DNA from: Octopus sinensis
Lineage: Eukaryota
Reading direction: 5' to 3'
Assembly: GCF_006345805.1 (NCBI RefSeq)
Contig: NC_043011.1
Span: 57,982,464-58,046,463 of the forward strand
DNA length: 64,000 nucleotides
Under the pieces are notes generated by a model. That model did no database searches. It saw only the letters and a program-made list of their open reading frames with translations, and was not told where the DNA came from. Positions 40,870 through 54,939 of this stretch are shown here, piece by piece. Position 1 is the stretch's first letter. Each line of letters opens with the position of its first letter. The position numbers were made by a program, and so were the translations under genes.

Positions 40870-41040
40870 TACATACATATACGACGCCCTTCTTTCTGTT
40901 TTCGTCTATCAAATTCACTCACAAAGATTTGGTTGGCCCGAGGGTGCAGTAGAAGCCACTTACTCAAGTTGCAGCGCAGTAGGACTGAACCTAGAACCAT
41001 GAGGTCGGGAAGCAAGCTTCTTACCAGCTACCCACGCCCC
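40870..41040 (-). mobile_element. Head type 2 SINE, 5' part
   Basis: Same signature as the 33545 copy. Confidence 0.78.
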
Positions 41041-41789
41041 TGTCGTGTATGTCAAACTCTAAAGTCAAACAGCATTGCTATTTTCCACATAGTACATTTT
41101 GATTTGAACTGTAGTGCATTTCTCATCTGACATTTGGAAATATATACACCCAGTTAACGGGCATTTCGATGTTTTCAGTGAAATAAATTTTTATTCTTTG
41201 TGGTGTTTTTACCACTCAAACATCCATGATAACAAAATCCACGAATTTGAAAAGATTGAGGAAAACCAAGCAGTAACGATATATATATTTTCTGATATTT
41301 TCGGTCGAGCTTTCAGATCGGAATTTTACAATACATTGTGAAATAGGAATTTATGCTATTTTGGTTTGTTATTAAATTATAATACAAACCTTACAGTTAG
41401 AATTTTCTTTAATACGTTATATGTATTTTCCTATTACATGCTATAACGTGCTATTATAATATTTTTATATAATATATTTTTCCATTACATTTTTTCACTT
41501 AAACGCAGGGAGACAATTCCTCGGAGTCAAGGAATAATTCTTTATTCATCAAGAAACACGTTTACTATTAGTAAATCACATTTGTAGTATTTTCGGGGAT
41601 ATTTGAAATATTAGTAGCTCTATTCCAAATTTTACGGATTGGCATTGGCTGAAAAACTTATTTCGCTAAAGATATACAAAGCTTTTTGTAATTTGAATTT
41701 CGTTCATTGGACTTTAAGAAAGGTAGTTTTATAATGAAATATCAGAATACATTGTCAAAAAATGTATATTATCATATACATAGTTTTAG

Positions 41790-42390
41790 AAGGCGGCGAG
41801 CTGGCAGAAACGTTAGCACGTCGGACGAAATGCTTACCGGTATTTAGTCTGCCGCTACGTTCTGAGTTCAAATTCCGCCGAGGTCGACTTTGCCTTTCAT
41901 CCTTTCAGGGTCGATTAAATAAGTACCAGTTACGCACTGGAGTCGATATAATCGACTTAATCCATTTGTCTGTCCTTGTTTGTCTCCTCTGTGTTTAGCC
42001 CCTTGTGGGTAGTAAAGAAATAGGTGTTTCGCCTGCTGTTACGTTCTGAGTTCAAATTCCGCCGAGGTCGACTTTGCATTTCATCCTTTCAGGGTCGATT
42101 AAATAAGTACCAGTTACGCACTGGAGTCGATATAATCGACTTAATCCATTTGTCTGTCCTTGTTTGTCCCCTCTGTGTTTAGCCCCTTGTGGGTAGTAAA
42201 GAAATAGGTGTTTCGCCTGCTGTTACGTTCTGAGTTCAAATTCCGCCGAGGTCGACTTTGCATTTCATCCTTTCAGGGTCGATAAATTAAGTACCAGGTA
42301 CGCACTGAGGTCGATGTAATCGACTTAATCCATTTGTCTGTCCCTATTTGTCCTCTCTATTTTTAGCCCCTTGTTTCCAATAAAGAAATA
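41790..42390 (+). mobile_element. Octopus-type tRNA SINE (head type 1) with its body repeated three times at 184-bp period
   Basis: Head ggcggcgagctggcagaaacgttagc; unit starts gttctgagttcaaattccgccgagg at 41859, 42043 and 42227. Confidence 0.92.
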
Positions 42391-43189
42391 ATATACATCG
42401 TTTTATGCAAATATGAGGGAATTAATTGTCTTAGACGTCAACAAAATAGATATTTTATCTAAATAAATATTATTAAAACAAATAAAAGAACTCCTTTAAC
42501 CATGGCCCCTTTCCACATCACACATTTTGCATGATATTCTAATTTATGAAAAGCAGTTCAACTTCAGAACGTTTTCAAATTATTTCGCCTGTTTTAAGGA
42601 ACGAAGGTTGCCTTTGGATTTTTGGACAAGCAGTGTTATGCAAACGCAACTTGCAGCCCTTCAATAAGGAACTGTCGTATCGTGTAATCTGCTATTAAGA
42701 AAACAAAACATTGTGTTTCTTGAAAATGTTTAATAAAACCTGTTATGGCGGCTAAACAGAAACAAATTGTTACGAAGGTTTTGTTTTATTTTGTAAACAT
42801 ATATTTATTGCTACGTTGGTTAGTTTATAACAACCACAATAAAACTGAACAAATATTAGCTTCGTTTTCAATCTCTTGCTTCGTTTAAATTAAAACAGTA
42901 CATACACATTCAACCCAACTTTCATCACTTGAACAATAAGACACGAATAAGACATATTCGATAAAGAACTAATAACCAAAATATCAACATTGCATTGTGA
43001 GATGTGTACACGCTCTTACGTTCTCGACCTCTGCATTTTTGCTCCCTCTCTCCCTCCTTCCTCTGCCTCTCACAATATCTTTCTCTCTCTCTATCTATCG
43101 ATAAATTGTGTAGATATATATATATATATATATTGTGTGTGTATATATATATATATTTATGTATGTATGTGTGCATATATTTATAAATG

Positions 43190-43267
<78 letters not shown>

Positions 43268-43457
43268 ATGTGTGTGTCTGCTGAGATGAGATTTGTAATC
43301 CAACACCTAATATTATACCGGTATATCTTTTCTACTCCTCTGATGAGATTTTGCCTCATGCAATGACTTAATTATTATAATTCAATGTTTTAGGCTACAT
43401 TGAAACAGCTGTTAGAGAATAAAAAATTATATCAATGCTACATTGAATTTTCTTCAT

Positions 43458-43458
43458 A

Positions 43459-43538
<80 letters not shown>

Positions 43539-43547
43539 GATCGATCG

Positions 43548-43626
<79 letters not shown>

Positions 43627-43627
43627 G

Positions 43628-43690
<63 letters not shown>

Positions 43691-43695
43691 GATCG

Positions 43696-43772
<77 letters not shown>

Positions 43773-43789
43773 CTCTCTCTCTCTCTTTC

Positions 43790-43845
<56 letters not shown>

Positions 43846-43850
43846 GTATA
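43458..43850. repeat. (ATCT)n with ATCG variant units, then (CT)n(TA)n
   Basis: Direct reading. Confidence 0.97.
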
Positions 43851-44479
43851 TTTGTGATGCAATATATGGATTGATAGAATTCTGTTGCAATCACAAAAAG
43901 GTCCTGTACTGGACCCGTCTCTCATACCACTAATGCAGAGGAGAATAGTGCAGAATTCTGTGCACCTGAAATCCAGGAGATCCAGTATATAAAATTATTT
44001 CATGAAACGTACAGAAACTATGAGAAGTCCAGAGATTTGAGAGGTGAATATATTTATGCAACTACTTGTATTCCTTAGGATTACGTCCGCTTCGTAGTCT
44101 TCTTCATGCCATAATAATTTCAGTTTATAATAAACTATAACTACGTGTCTGCACTTATAAGGCAATTGTATATTGACAGTATATAATAATATTGCAAACA
44201 TGTAAACAAAATTTATTATACTGTCGAATTATTATTACATGAAGAAGGCTGCGAAACGGCCGTAATCTTGAGGATAGCAAGTGGTTAAATAAATATGTTA
44301 ACCTCACATTCAGATCAGCTGAGTTGGATGCATACCTGGATATCATCCTGCACTTTCTGATGGGTGATGCAACCATAAAGAAAATGACAGTAACGTAAAG
44401 AGTATAACAGACATTCAATTATTCATTTGGAAAAAGAGATAAAGGAAGGAAAAAAACCAAAACACGGGACGGTTGCATC

Positions 44480-44870
44480 AGGATGTAGTTTCAGACTCTA
44501 GAACTGAGGAAAGATATAAAACAGATGAAGAAAGAGTGAAAAGAAGCAGGTGATGAAGGAAAAGCCACCTTAAACTAGATGTGCGCAGAGTTAAGGAAAC
44601 CCTATACAAGTTTCCCAGTGCGGAAAGACTCTTCATAATAAAAGACAGAAGCAGTGAAGGGGGAAGGGTTTTCTTAACAAAGCCGTTCCAGTTCGCAGAT
44701 GAGATCTTGGAATAAAGAAAATAAAGTGGGAAACTGGAATGTTCTAAAGAACAGTAAGAGAACAATATAACTGTACTGCACGATTCGGAGAAGTAACACT
44801 CCTCTGGGATAAGATCCTGTTCCACTAACAAATCCTCAAAACGCCCACCATGTATAACCAAAAGTGCACC
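44480..44870 (+). pseudogene. Fragment of a Hero/R2-superfamily (RLE-type) non-LTR retrotransposon ORF, N-terminal to the RT
   Basis: LELRKDIKQMKKE*KEAGDEGKATLN..ELR / SAERL..FLTKPFQFADEILE*RK*SGKLECSKEQ resembles the recalled F..NPF.F.K.LL..K.SG.L.CSKEE motif of this clade; several stops. Confidence 0.55.
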
Positions 44871-46102
44871 CGTTTTCTACTTTGCACCATCTCGCATGCT
44901 GGGTCATACATGTGCATCGGAAGTGTAGACTCATCTTTCCGGAAGGGATGTTAGTAGCATCGCCGCGACCAGACACGTCCTGGCTCTCTTGGGTCGCTAA
45001 AACAATCGTCACGGCTGAAGTGAGTGTCTGAGCGGACAAACTCGACATTCTAAACCAACTAAAGAAAGAAAACCGAATACGAAAACGATTTGGTTCATAA
45101 AGTTCTTATCAAAGAAATGTACTCAGCCTCGTTCCGTATTAAAGTGGGACGCCACAGAGTTTCAGCAACATTGGTGCATTATTTATCATTAGATGTTTTG
45201 TGTGGAAAACAAACAACCGAATAAATTCTCCAAGGAGAGTGCCATAATAGCTGATAGTTCAAAATATTTCTGGTTGACAAACAAAATTCAAATGGAACCT
45301 CTACAGGTGAACACTGACTCGGTTCTCGCTACACAACTCATGCAAAGCTTGTAATCCTCAGAAACCCGCGGAAAGTTCCAAATGATTTCCAAAATTAGGA
45401 TGGCTTTAGTCACCACCAGGAGAAGAGCTCGCAATATTTCAAGAAACTCTTGTTCTTTCTGCGAGGATAAAAATCTCTGATATTATTTCATCTCATTTTA
45501 TGAACTATTGTTCTTTTTAATTAAATTAATTAGCTTCTTAAATTGTTTTTCTCTGTGTGAAATAACTACTGGGTTCTGTGATATTCGTTGGCTTGTTGAA
45601 CTCAAGGGCTACTAACCCTTCCATAATTGAAATTAAGGATTATTTTGCGTGTCATATCTCCTCTCTGCAGATTGGCGCTTAATGTATTGATTTGATGATC
45701 GAAATGTTAAAATTCAGTAAACATCACCTCCATGAATTGGTGTTGTGAAAAGCACGCATTGTGTTTCTTGACAATTAAACGAGATGGAGCTGTTAAGAGG
45801 GAAAATATTTCATACAAAGGACGTATCTTGTCTTCTAATCATGTTTTTATTGCAGATGTAACGCAGTCATGATAACCGTAAAAAAGGTTCAGCAATTTTT
45901 AGTTTCGGTTTTCAATCTCTATTCTTGGGAAATACAAAGTACTAAAGACGTTGTGTGCACAGCTTCCTCTACGAAAAGTCAAATTTGATCGAGAGAAGGG
46001 CAAGGTTTCGAGTGGCACGGGTGCATCTAAAGCACAAGACGGTCCTTGGAAGACGATGAATGATCTAGAAGAACTGTCACGAGCATATATCTATATATGT
46101 AT

Positions 46103-46151
<49 letters not shown>

Positions 46152-46327
46152 GACGGGCTTCTTTCGGCCATATAGAACAAAAACTAAGACAATAAGAAAA
46201 TAAGAAATCCCCATTAGTGTTGTCTTCTTAAAAATTGTTTCCGTCATGGCTTCAGTGATTTTTAAAATTCTATACGCTATCTCTAATGCCTACACTCCAA
46301 CCAGCCTGTATGTAAATCTCCTCTCAA

Positions 46328-46460
46328 CCTCTCTGACGAAGTGCCTAGGCTCGAAACGTTAATCACTTTTCCATTCTTTTCGAACGTCAAAGTAATACAC
46401 CTGCTTGTTGTTCCCTCAACTGTCTTCGCCTTTTGTCTTCCACCAACTTCTCTGATAAAT
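46328..46460 (+). mobile_element. Degenerate PLE terminal-repeat fragment with hammerhead-like motif (family A)
   Basis: ctgacgaagtgcctaggctcgaaacgtt followed by a tail homologous to 62520-62610; stem I is decayed. Confidence 0.6.
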
Positions 46461-46934
46461 GTACCGATATTGTGTCACTGGATCGTTGCATGCAGGTTCT
46501 GAGGTTTTAAGGGAAATCTCACTAAATCGTGTCTTCATTTCAGCTCTACACAACACACATTCTTTCTTATTTTCTAAGTTATCAATTACTTTAATCCGAT
46601 ATTATATTCATTTTGTTAGGTTTAAGCGTGAAAGTGAAGCCATGCACTTCTCATTTAGTCTGTTTGAGACGCTACTTTCTTTCGTGGGATAACTTATCTA
46701 ATTAGTGATGGAAATGAATTAAAGGTGTTTGAATGAATAAGGTAGGAAACCGTAGAAGGAATGGAGATTTAACGAAATTGAGTGAAGATTGTATTAAATG
46801 AGGCATGAGATTTGCAATATCATTTACTGTGAGAAGACCTGACGCATTATAAACATTGAATAAATTAATACTAGTAGTGGAATTATTTCATTATTTCTAT
46901 CCGACATCATCTTTTTCGAGGTAGTTTCAGAAAT

Positions 46935-47165
46935 CAGGGACTTAGCGGTTCAGGTGATGGACTCATGATCGTAAGATTATGGTTTCGATTCTTGGACCGG
47001 GCAATGCGTTGTGTTCTTCAGCAAAACACTTCAGTTTGGTCCAGCATTCCCAACTGGCAAGAATGAGTATTCCTGCGATGGACCGTATCCCGCCCAGTGG
47101 ATGATTCCCCACACCCCGGGACCCCTGGAGACACGGCCTTATGAGAGGGCACAAGCTGGGGAAGG
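46935..47165 (+). mobile_element. SINE with head type 4 and the V-like core/tail of the 5022 SINE
   Basis: cttagcggttcaggtgatggactcatgatcgtaag..ggtttcgattc head, then cctgcgatggaccgtatcccgcccag..cggccttatgag. Confidence 0.75.
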
Positions 47166-47261
47166 GTTTTATCGTTTCTTTTTTTTTCTTTTATTATCTA
47201 GACGTATATAGAATCTCTTCTAAAGAATTCTCATGTCATAAAACAAAATGTGTTATTAATA

Positions 47262-47685
47262 TTTTTATTCTTTTATTCTATTACTGGTTTCAGTCATTTG
47301 ACTGCAGCCATGCTGGAGCACCGCTTTAACAGGTTTCAGCCGATGAAATCGACCCCAGGATTTATTCGTTGTAAGCCTACTACTCATTCTATCGGTCTCT
47401 TTCGCAGGACCGCTAAGTTATGTGAACATAAACACATCAACGCTGGTTGTCAAGCGATGGTGGAAGGGGGGACAAGCGCGCGCGCACACACACACAAACG
47501 CACACACATATATATATATACATGACGGGTTTCTTTCAGTTTCCGTTTACCAAATTCACTCACAAGGCTTTGGTCGGCTTGAGGCTACAGTAGAAGACAC
47601 TCACGCACGATGCCACGCAGTGGGACTGAACCCGGAACCATGTGGTTGGGAAACAAGCTACTTACCACACAGCCACGCCTGCGCC
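47262..47685 (-). mobile_element. Head type 2 SINE
   Basis: Full head-to-tail match on the minus strand. Confidence 0.9.
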
Positions 47686-48161
47686 CTTTTTTTATTGAAT
47701 ATTTTCGCAGTTTTGCAATCTAGCCCGGACAACAACCTACGTACATAAACTCCATTTCATGGCTGTCTAAACAAATGGGAGCTTTCCTTGCATAATAGCT
47801 CGCCCATATCTGAACAGCAAGTGAAAGTGGTTACAAGAAATCCCTCTTGATTGCTGCTAGAAAGCATCTTGTCAGCAGCGTATCAACATTACAATGTTTT
47901 ATACAAATGGCTTCATTTTCCTTTTTTGAATAACATATCCGAATATCCTAAATGAGTTATTTTTCACTGGCGATAAAGATGTCATGTACCTTGTCAATGA
48001 AGAACTTATTATAGCGAAGTGCTAACGCTCCATCTCGCAGTTGATATTGGACATTCACTTGCAGAGACATAATAGACGCATTTCAAAACCTCTACATTGT
48101 GAAATAAACGTTTACGATGCCTTACCGCTTTAGAAACTCCATTAAAAGTTGTATTGAGAAC

Positions 48162-48177
48162 GTTTACCGCCTCTCAA

Positions 48178-48253
<76 letters not shown>

Positions 48254-48322
48254 ATCTATCTATCTATCTATCTATCTACCTATCTATCTATCTAAAACAT
48301 ATACACACCCACACACAACCTC

Positions 48323-48394
<72 letters not shown>

Positions 48395-48460
48395 GGTGTT
48401 GTGTGTAGGTGTGTATATGTTTTACATAGATAGATAGATAGATATTGAGAGGCGGTAAAC
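48162..48460. repeat. Fold-back inverted duplication centred on (TA)n
   Basis: The left arm gtttaccgcctctcaatatctatct..aaaacatatacacacccacacacaacctcccat is the reverse complement of the right arm ending ..gatattgagaggcggtaaac. Confidence 0.92.
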
Positions 48461-48581
48461 ATATATATCCATATATGTGTGTGTATGAAGATGCATATGC
48501 ACATCTTTATATACACACATCTATATAAATATACACAGAAGCAAACATATATACATATATATATATATATTTATATGCACG

Positions 48582-48667
<86 letters not shown>

Positions 48668-48899
48668 TATAGACATGCTAAACCGAAACATGGTATATTT
48701 TTATGACGGTCAGGAAGTTCAGGCATCTTGAAGGGTGATGTATGCTGTACATCTATTCCTGCGCAACAGTTATCTCCTCAAATCGGTGCATATATCTGCC
48801 CAGGCTAATATACTTATGTTATCTAAACTGCTTATCATTTCGCGTGAATTCATGTTGCTTACATAATTCAAGAGCGTAACACACACATATACATACACA

Positions 48900-49390
<491 letters not shown>

Positions 49391-50255
49391 CAAATAGGCT
49401 GATAAATAAATAAATGGACAAAAACCTATAATATAGGAATGAGAAATATAGGAATGAGATGTTTGGAAGAAAGCTAGTTTAAGTACGCGTGTACGCCTTT
49501 ACATATGTAATATTTCAAATGTTCAATGTTCATTCAGAGGGAAATATCTCAGTTTGCTATGTACAATATCATGAACACGTGTAATCGTATACGTTTATGC
49601 GTGGATCTTGTAGATTGACTCATACACGTATGTGTGTAGACGCATACATATAAGTATTTATACTGTAATAGTAGAAGGAATAACATTTGCATGCGAGAAA
49701 TGTGGGTAATTTCGGCTGGTTATAATGATATTGCTATCAACAATTTTCATAGTTCCAACGGAAAAGGATCTGTATGTTTAGAAGAATATAAATTGAGATA
49801 ATGCTAGCATCAGGTGAAAAAAAATATGCTTGAATAGAAATAAAGTAATGGATACGACTTTGACAATCTATTCCCTTTCAAAAATAAAGAAAAAGAAAAA
49901 AGAGAAATGGAGAAAAAGGAGGAGAAATTGACACAAGCGGATTTCAGCCAAATTCTTCAAATTGTCGTAATATTATAGAATATAATATTCTGCTATAATA
50001 TGGAGAGTGCTGTTATTATCCTTACTGTGTAACTAATGTTTGCGAGGTTCCGCGTTTTATACTGAACGAATATAATTTGTTTGGCAATTTAGTTTCATTT
50101 TCATTTCGTTGTTTGGTATTTTAATCCAAACAGGCATTTCTGTGAATGCGAAGATCAATAGACAACAGTGACATCAGTTGCAGGAATTGCTCTCTTTTCA
50201 GAGAGAAAACGAGGGACAGATAGATAGATAGAGAGCGAGTAAGTAAGAGAAAGAA

Positions 50256-50289
<34 letters not shown>

Positions 50290-51639
50290 GAAGAATAAAT
50301 GAGGAAGAAGGTTAGATTGAAAGAGTAAGAGGAAAGTGAGGGTGAAGAGAGTGTTTGGATAAATAAATGTCATACTGCCTTATAATGCTATTCATATTTG
50401 GTTAATTTAACAATATTATTAAGGCACTTGAAAAATTCAAATTACCATCTGAATTTCTCTAGGTTGTCTTTTATTGATCTGTTTCTCATTTAATATTGCC
50501 ATTTTAAACGTGACTGTCTGCTGCTGTCATGTCGTCGGTGGTGTTGAATGGCTTTAGACGTATCTCGTTGAACAGATATTTATATCACAAAAGTAATTGG
50601 ACCGAACAAAAGCTTTTCTATAGGATTGCAACTAAATACATAGGCAAACCCTCTTCATTGCTGAGAATGGGAAGCTTTTACACCTTAAAATTAAGGTTTT
50701 GAAACTACATCAGATTAGTAGCGGGCGGTTAGGATTTCCTTTTATTTCCAAGACAAAGTGGTGCTATACTTAAATTTCTTGCAGATTTACATTCCTCTAT
50801 CTTCTATTTATGTTAAAGAGTCTTGCTATTATACAAAATATATTCTTCAGAGCCACCAAGCACACACTTGCAAACATACACTCTGCTACTGTGTCATCTC
50901 TACGAATCCGTTCGTTCTGTTAAAAATAGAAGCCCGGTTACCGCATCTTCCTCCCGACTCTTTTAGGAAAGCACGAAATATATAATATGAGTTCGGTGCC
51001 CAGAGAATAAAGGCAGGAATCTCGTTGAGCTTTGGTATACCGGATCAAAGCTTTCCTGGGACAAAGCCAAAAAAACCTCACCAAAAACAAAACAAACATA
51101 AAGAAGGCGCTACCACAATTAATGAAATGGAGTGAAGTGTTAGAAAGAGTCGACTGCCAGAGTAAATGCGTAATTCATGTAGGACCATTATCGAAAATTG
51201 GATGTACCATGTCATGAGGGTTAACAAAAGCAGTTCTTCGTCGTGAGTTACCTTAAGTAATATTTGTAAAAAATGTTAAAGAATAAATGCAAACATAGAA
51301 ATGCCATAATGAGAAGATGAACACGAAATGATCTTGAAGATAACTAATCATGAGATTTGTACATCTGTTATAAATAGGGGTTAGTCTTAGTTTAATTATC
51401 AGTCCTAGTATTGGCCCATAAGTTGCTTCGTTAATTTTATATACTTAAATGATTATAAGTTAAGTAAGCATCATGTGCTAAATTTTATTGATATTATTAA
51501 TCCTTCACGACGAGTAACTTTGTTTACAGGTTCAGAGCGCTGTTAATAATTTTCGAGTAGGGAGAACTGGAAACGAAGTCAGAATGCAAGCTTCAAGATT
51601 AAGATTAAGAAGTTATGTAGCAAACATTAGCATTAGAAT

Positions 51640-52080
51640 TGCAGGGCTGTGTGATAAGACGTTGCTTCTCAATCACATGGTTCCGAGTTCACTCTTACTG
51701 CGTGGCTCTTTGGGCAAATAGCTTCTATTGTAGCTTCGGGCCGAGAAAACCTTGTGAATGGATTTGGAAGACAGAAACTGAAAGAAGCCTGTTCTATATA
51801 TATGCATATGTATAATAATGTGTGTGTATGTGTCTGTTCCCCCCACCCCCGTTTTACACTTGGTGTTGGGTTGTTACGTTCCATTATTATGAGGGTTCGA
51901 TATGATATCCATAGAATAATTACTCGGCTTCAAAAAGTAACAACTGGTTTTATTTCCCCGACAAACACACTTCGAAATCGGCACCATCATAGCTGCATTC
52001 TGCTGACTAAAGCAAAAAACAAGATAAAAATATAGTATACTTAAATACCAACAACTTGTAAAACACGGCAAAGTTTATGT
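51640..52080 (+). mobile_element. Head type 2 SINE (diverged)
   Basis: catggttccgagttcactcttactgcgtggctctttgggcaa..gaaactgaaagaagcc. Confidence 0.8.
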
Positions 52081-52179
52081 CCTCAATATCAATGTGGCAT
52101 CAATAAGCAAGTTGCATAAGACCAAAAAAGCCTGCAGCCCTAGAATTCGATTTAAAAAGCAATCGAACCCGACCGGACT

Positions 52180-52440
52180 GAAAAGATGTCTCACAAAAGA
52201 TAGTGCGTTTTTTTATGGCAGCACAAAGAACATACCCCAGAGCTTATCGCATTATAAGAATCTTGTTTCAACTATTTACTCGATGAACCGTCGCATTGTA
52301 CTCTAAATCCTGTCTGGTTTAGCTGCAAAAACAGGACTGCTTTCAGATAAAGCAGCAAATATGGATTTGAAGGATGTGATGTGCAGTATAACAGGGGAAG
52401 GAGGAAAACCAAAGCAATCCACGAAGATTATCTATGAATA
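52180..52440 (+). pseudogene. Possible RTE-like LINE C-terminal remnant
   Basis: KYGFEGCDVQYNRGRRKTK is weakly like K..LEG...G.R.RGRP. Confidence 0.2.
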
Positions 52441-53061
52441 AAATTAAAAAAGAAAACAAAACAAAAACAGAATAGATTAGCATTCAAAACCTAACGAATT
52501 GTCTATTAGTGTGCATTGCCCTAACTCTACAATAAACACGGGGAAATTGCTTATTCGTGAACTATCCACAATAGTTATGATCAAAAGTATATAAACAAAC
52601 TGCACTATTATCAGCATTTCGTACCTTGAGGGAACTTTGCATTCTATTTGTCAACCCACCTATAAAATAGAGTTAATGTGTTTTGCGAAAGAATAGAGAG
52701 AAGCGTTTAATAATATCTTGGCACATAAAACATGAAAGAACTTATCCGACGCACCGTGTGTGTATGTGCGTGCTAAGATATCTGTGTGTGTCTATATGTG
52801 TGTATAATGCATTTATATATTATACATGTATATATTTACACACGCACACACACATACAAGCGTACACACATACAAACAACCACACGCACGCACGCACATA
52901 CACACACATAACAATAATAATACAGAATTGTAAAATTCGGCAACTCTTTTTTAAAAAGAACACACACACACACACACACACATACACACACATATGTATG
53001 TATGTGTATATATATATATATTACATATATATATGTATATAATTATGTATGCATGTATATA

Positions 53062-53115
<54 letters not shown>

Positions 53116-53183
53116 GGTGTAGATGTATGTGTACGTACCAACATACATACATACATACATATATATATAAATATCTATACACA

Positions 53184-53225
<42 letters not shown>

Positions 53226-53554
53226 ACATATATATATATAGATATATATATACAACAGGTTCACTGCCTTTAGTCATTGGAATGCAGCCATGAGAGGCAC
53301 CGCCTTAAAGGGTTTTAGGAGAAAAGGAAATACCAAATCACATATCATGTGTTTATGTGCTGCGTATGATATCGATCCGCAAATAATGAAAGGCTACATT
53401 GAAAGGAAGACACGTACCGTAGAAATAGCGATTTTCAAACTCAATCAAATACATTTGCTGTTTCCTTCATATAACTCAACCGTTTTTCCTCTTTTTTCAT
53501 TGCTTTCAATATTTCTGCGACAGACACGTATGTCTGTCTCTTTCTTCATTCTCT

Positions 53555-53614
<60 letters not shown>

Positions 53615-53637
53615 TCCTTCTTTCTGTCCTTCTTTTT

Positions 53638-53690
<53 letters not shown>
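53555..53690. repeat. (CTTT)n(CT)n microsatellite
   Basis: Direct reading. Confidence 0.96.
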
Positions 53691-53694
<4 letters not shown>

Positions 53695-54048
53695 GTCAAT
53701 TAGACTCTTCGCTTTCATCCTCCATGGTACCACAAAACTTTCTCCATCCTCTTTCTTATGAATATCGTTGTGTTTTAAACTAATCAACCGATCATTAACA
53801 TCTTTTTTTTCCCAATATTCTTTTTTTAATAATCCTTTGTCTCTTTTGACCACGGCCATGCTGCGCACCGTCTTGAAGAATGTTTAGTCGAATGAATATC
53901 AACTCCGGTACATGTTTTTCAAAACCTCATATATCAAACCCAAGCAAATATCTGCGTCAACATCTCTCACCACTCTCTACTCCTCTTTCTTTCGCTCTCT
54001 CTCTCTCTCTCTGTATAGACACACACACACACACATATATAAATATAT

Positions 54049-54103
<55 letters not shown>

Positions 54104-54215
54104 TACATATACATAATCCTTTATTGTTTTACTTGTTTCAGTCATTTAACTGCACCATGCTGGAGCAGCGGCCTTAGTGGACCAAATCGACCACAGGACT
54201 TATTTCCTTGTAATC

Positions 54216-54263
<48 letters not shown>

Positions 54264-54810
54264 TATATATATTTTATATATATGGTGGCTGCCTCCTCGT
54301 TATCGAGTATGGCCATTGCGCGAAGCTTAATCAATGTTGTTATCGTGCAATGCCTGTGCAAGAAGATTTTTTTAAAGTGGGGAAAGGCTGTGCACTGTTC
54401 AATCTCACTCACTAAGCAACAGCAGCCATAATCAGAAAAGAAGAACAAGTCAACAACATCGGTAACCACTGAGCCGCAAGTTTTATGTCTGAGTTATCCC
54501 AGTTACCTGAGTTACCTTCTCCTAGAAAGATGTCCTAACAAAGGGTTTAACCGCGCGATCGGATATTCAGTCCGATTATTTCTATGTTCCCGGGCATGGT
54601 ACAGCCTTAAGACATTTATTCGATGGCCGTTGACTCTCAAGAGTTCCTCCGCCCTTTGACGGGTTCTGTTTTTCTTCCCGCAGGGGGTACAATAAACACA
54701 CTCCTCACTAGGCAAGCTTGGTGGGGCTGCCGGTTTAGTCGCCGACGACCCGACCATGCAACAGGTTGTACTGGGTTACATGTTACCAGTAGCACTCGAA
54801 AGTGACCTGG

Positions 54811-54885
<75 letters not shown>

Positions 54886-54939
54886 TATAGTCTTATGTAT
54901 GTATACGTATATTATACATACTACATACATACATACAAT

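Noticed and set aside
41859-42390. CRISPR-like or satellite array
   Set aside because: The 184-bp units are SINE bodies with no unique spacers, in a eukaryotic context.
45290-45480. Possible mariner catalytic-domain remnant
   Set aside because: Only a DS-like dipeptide and a vague WxxSP match; insufficient evidence.
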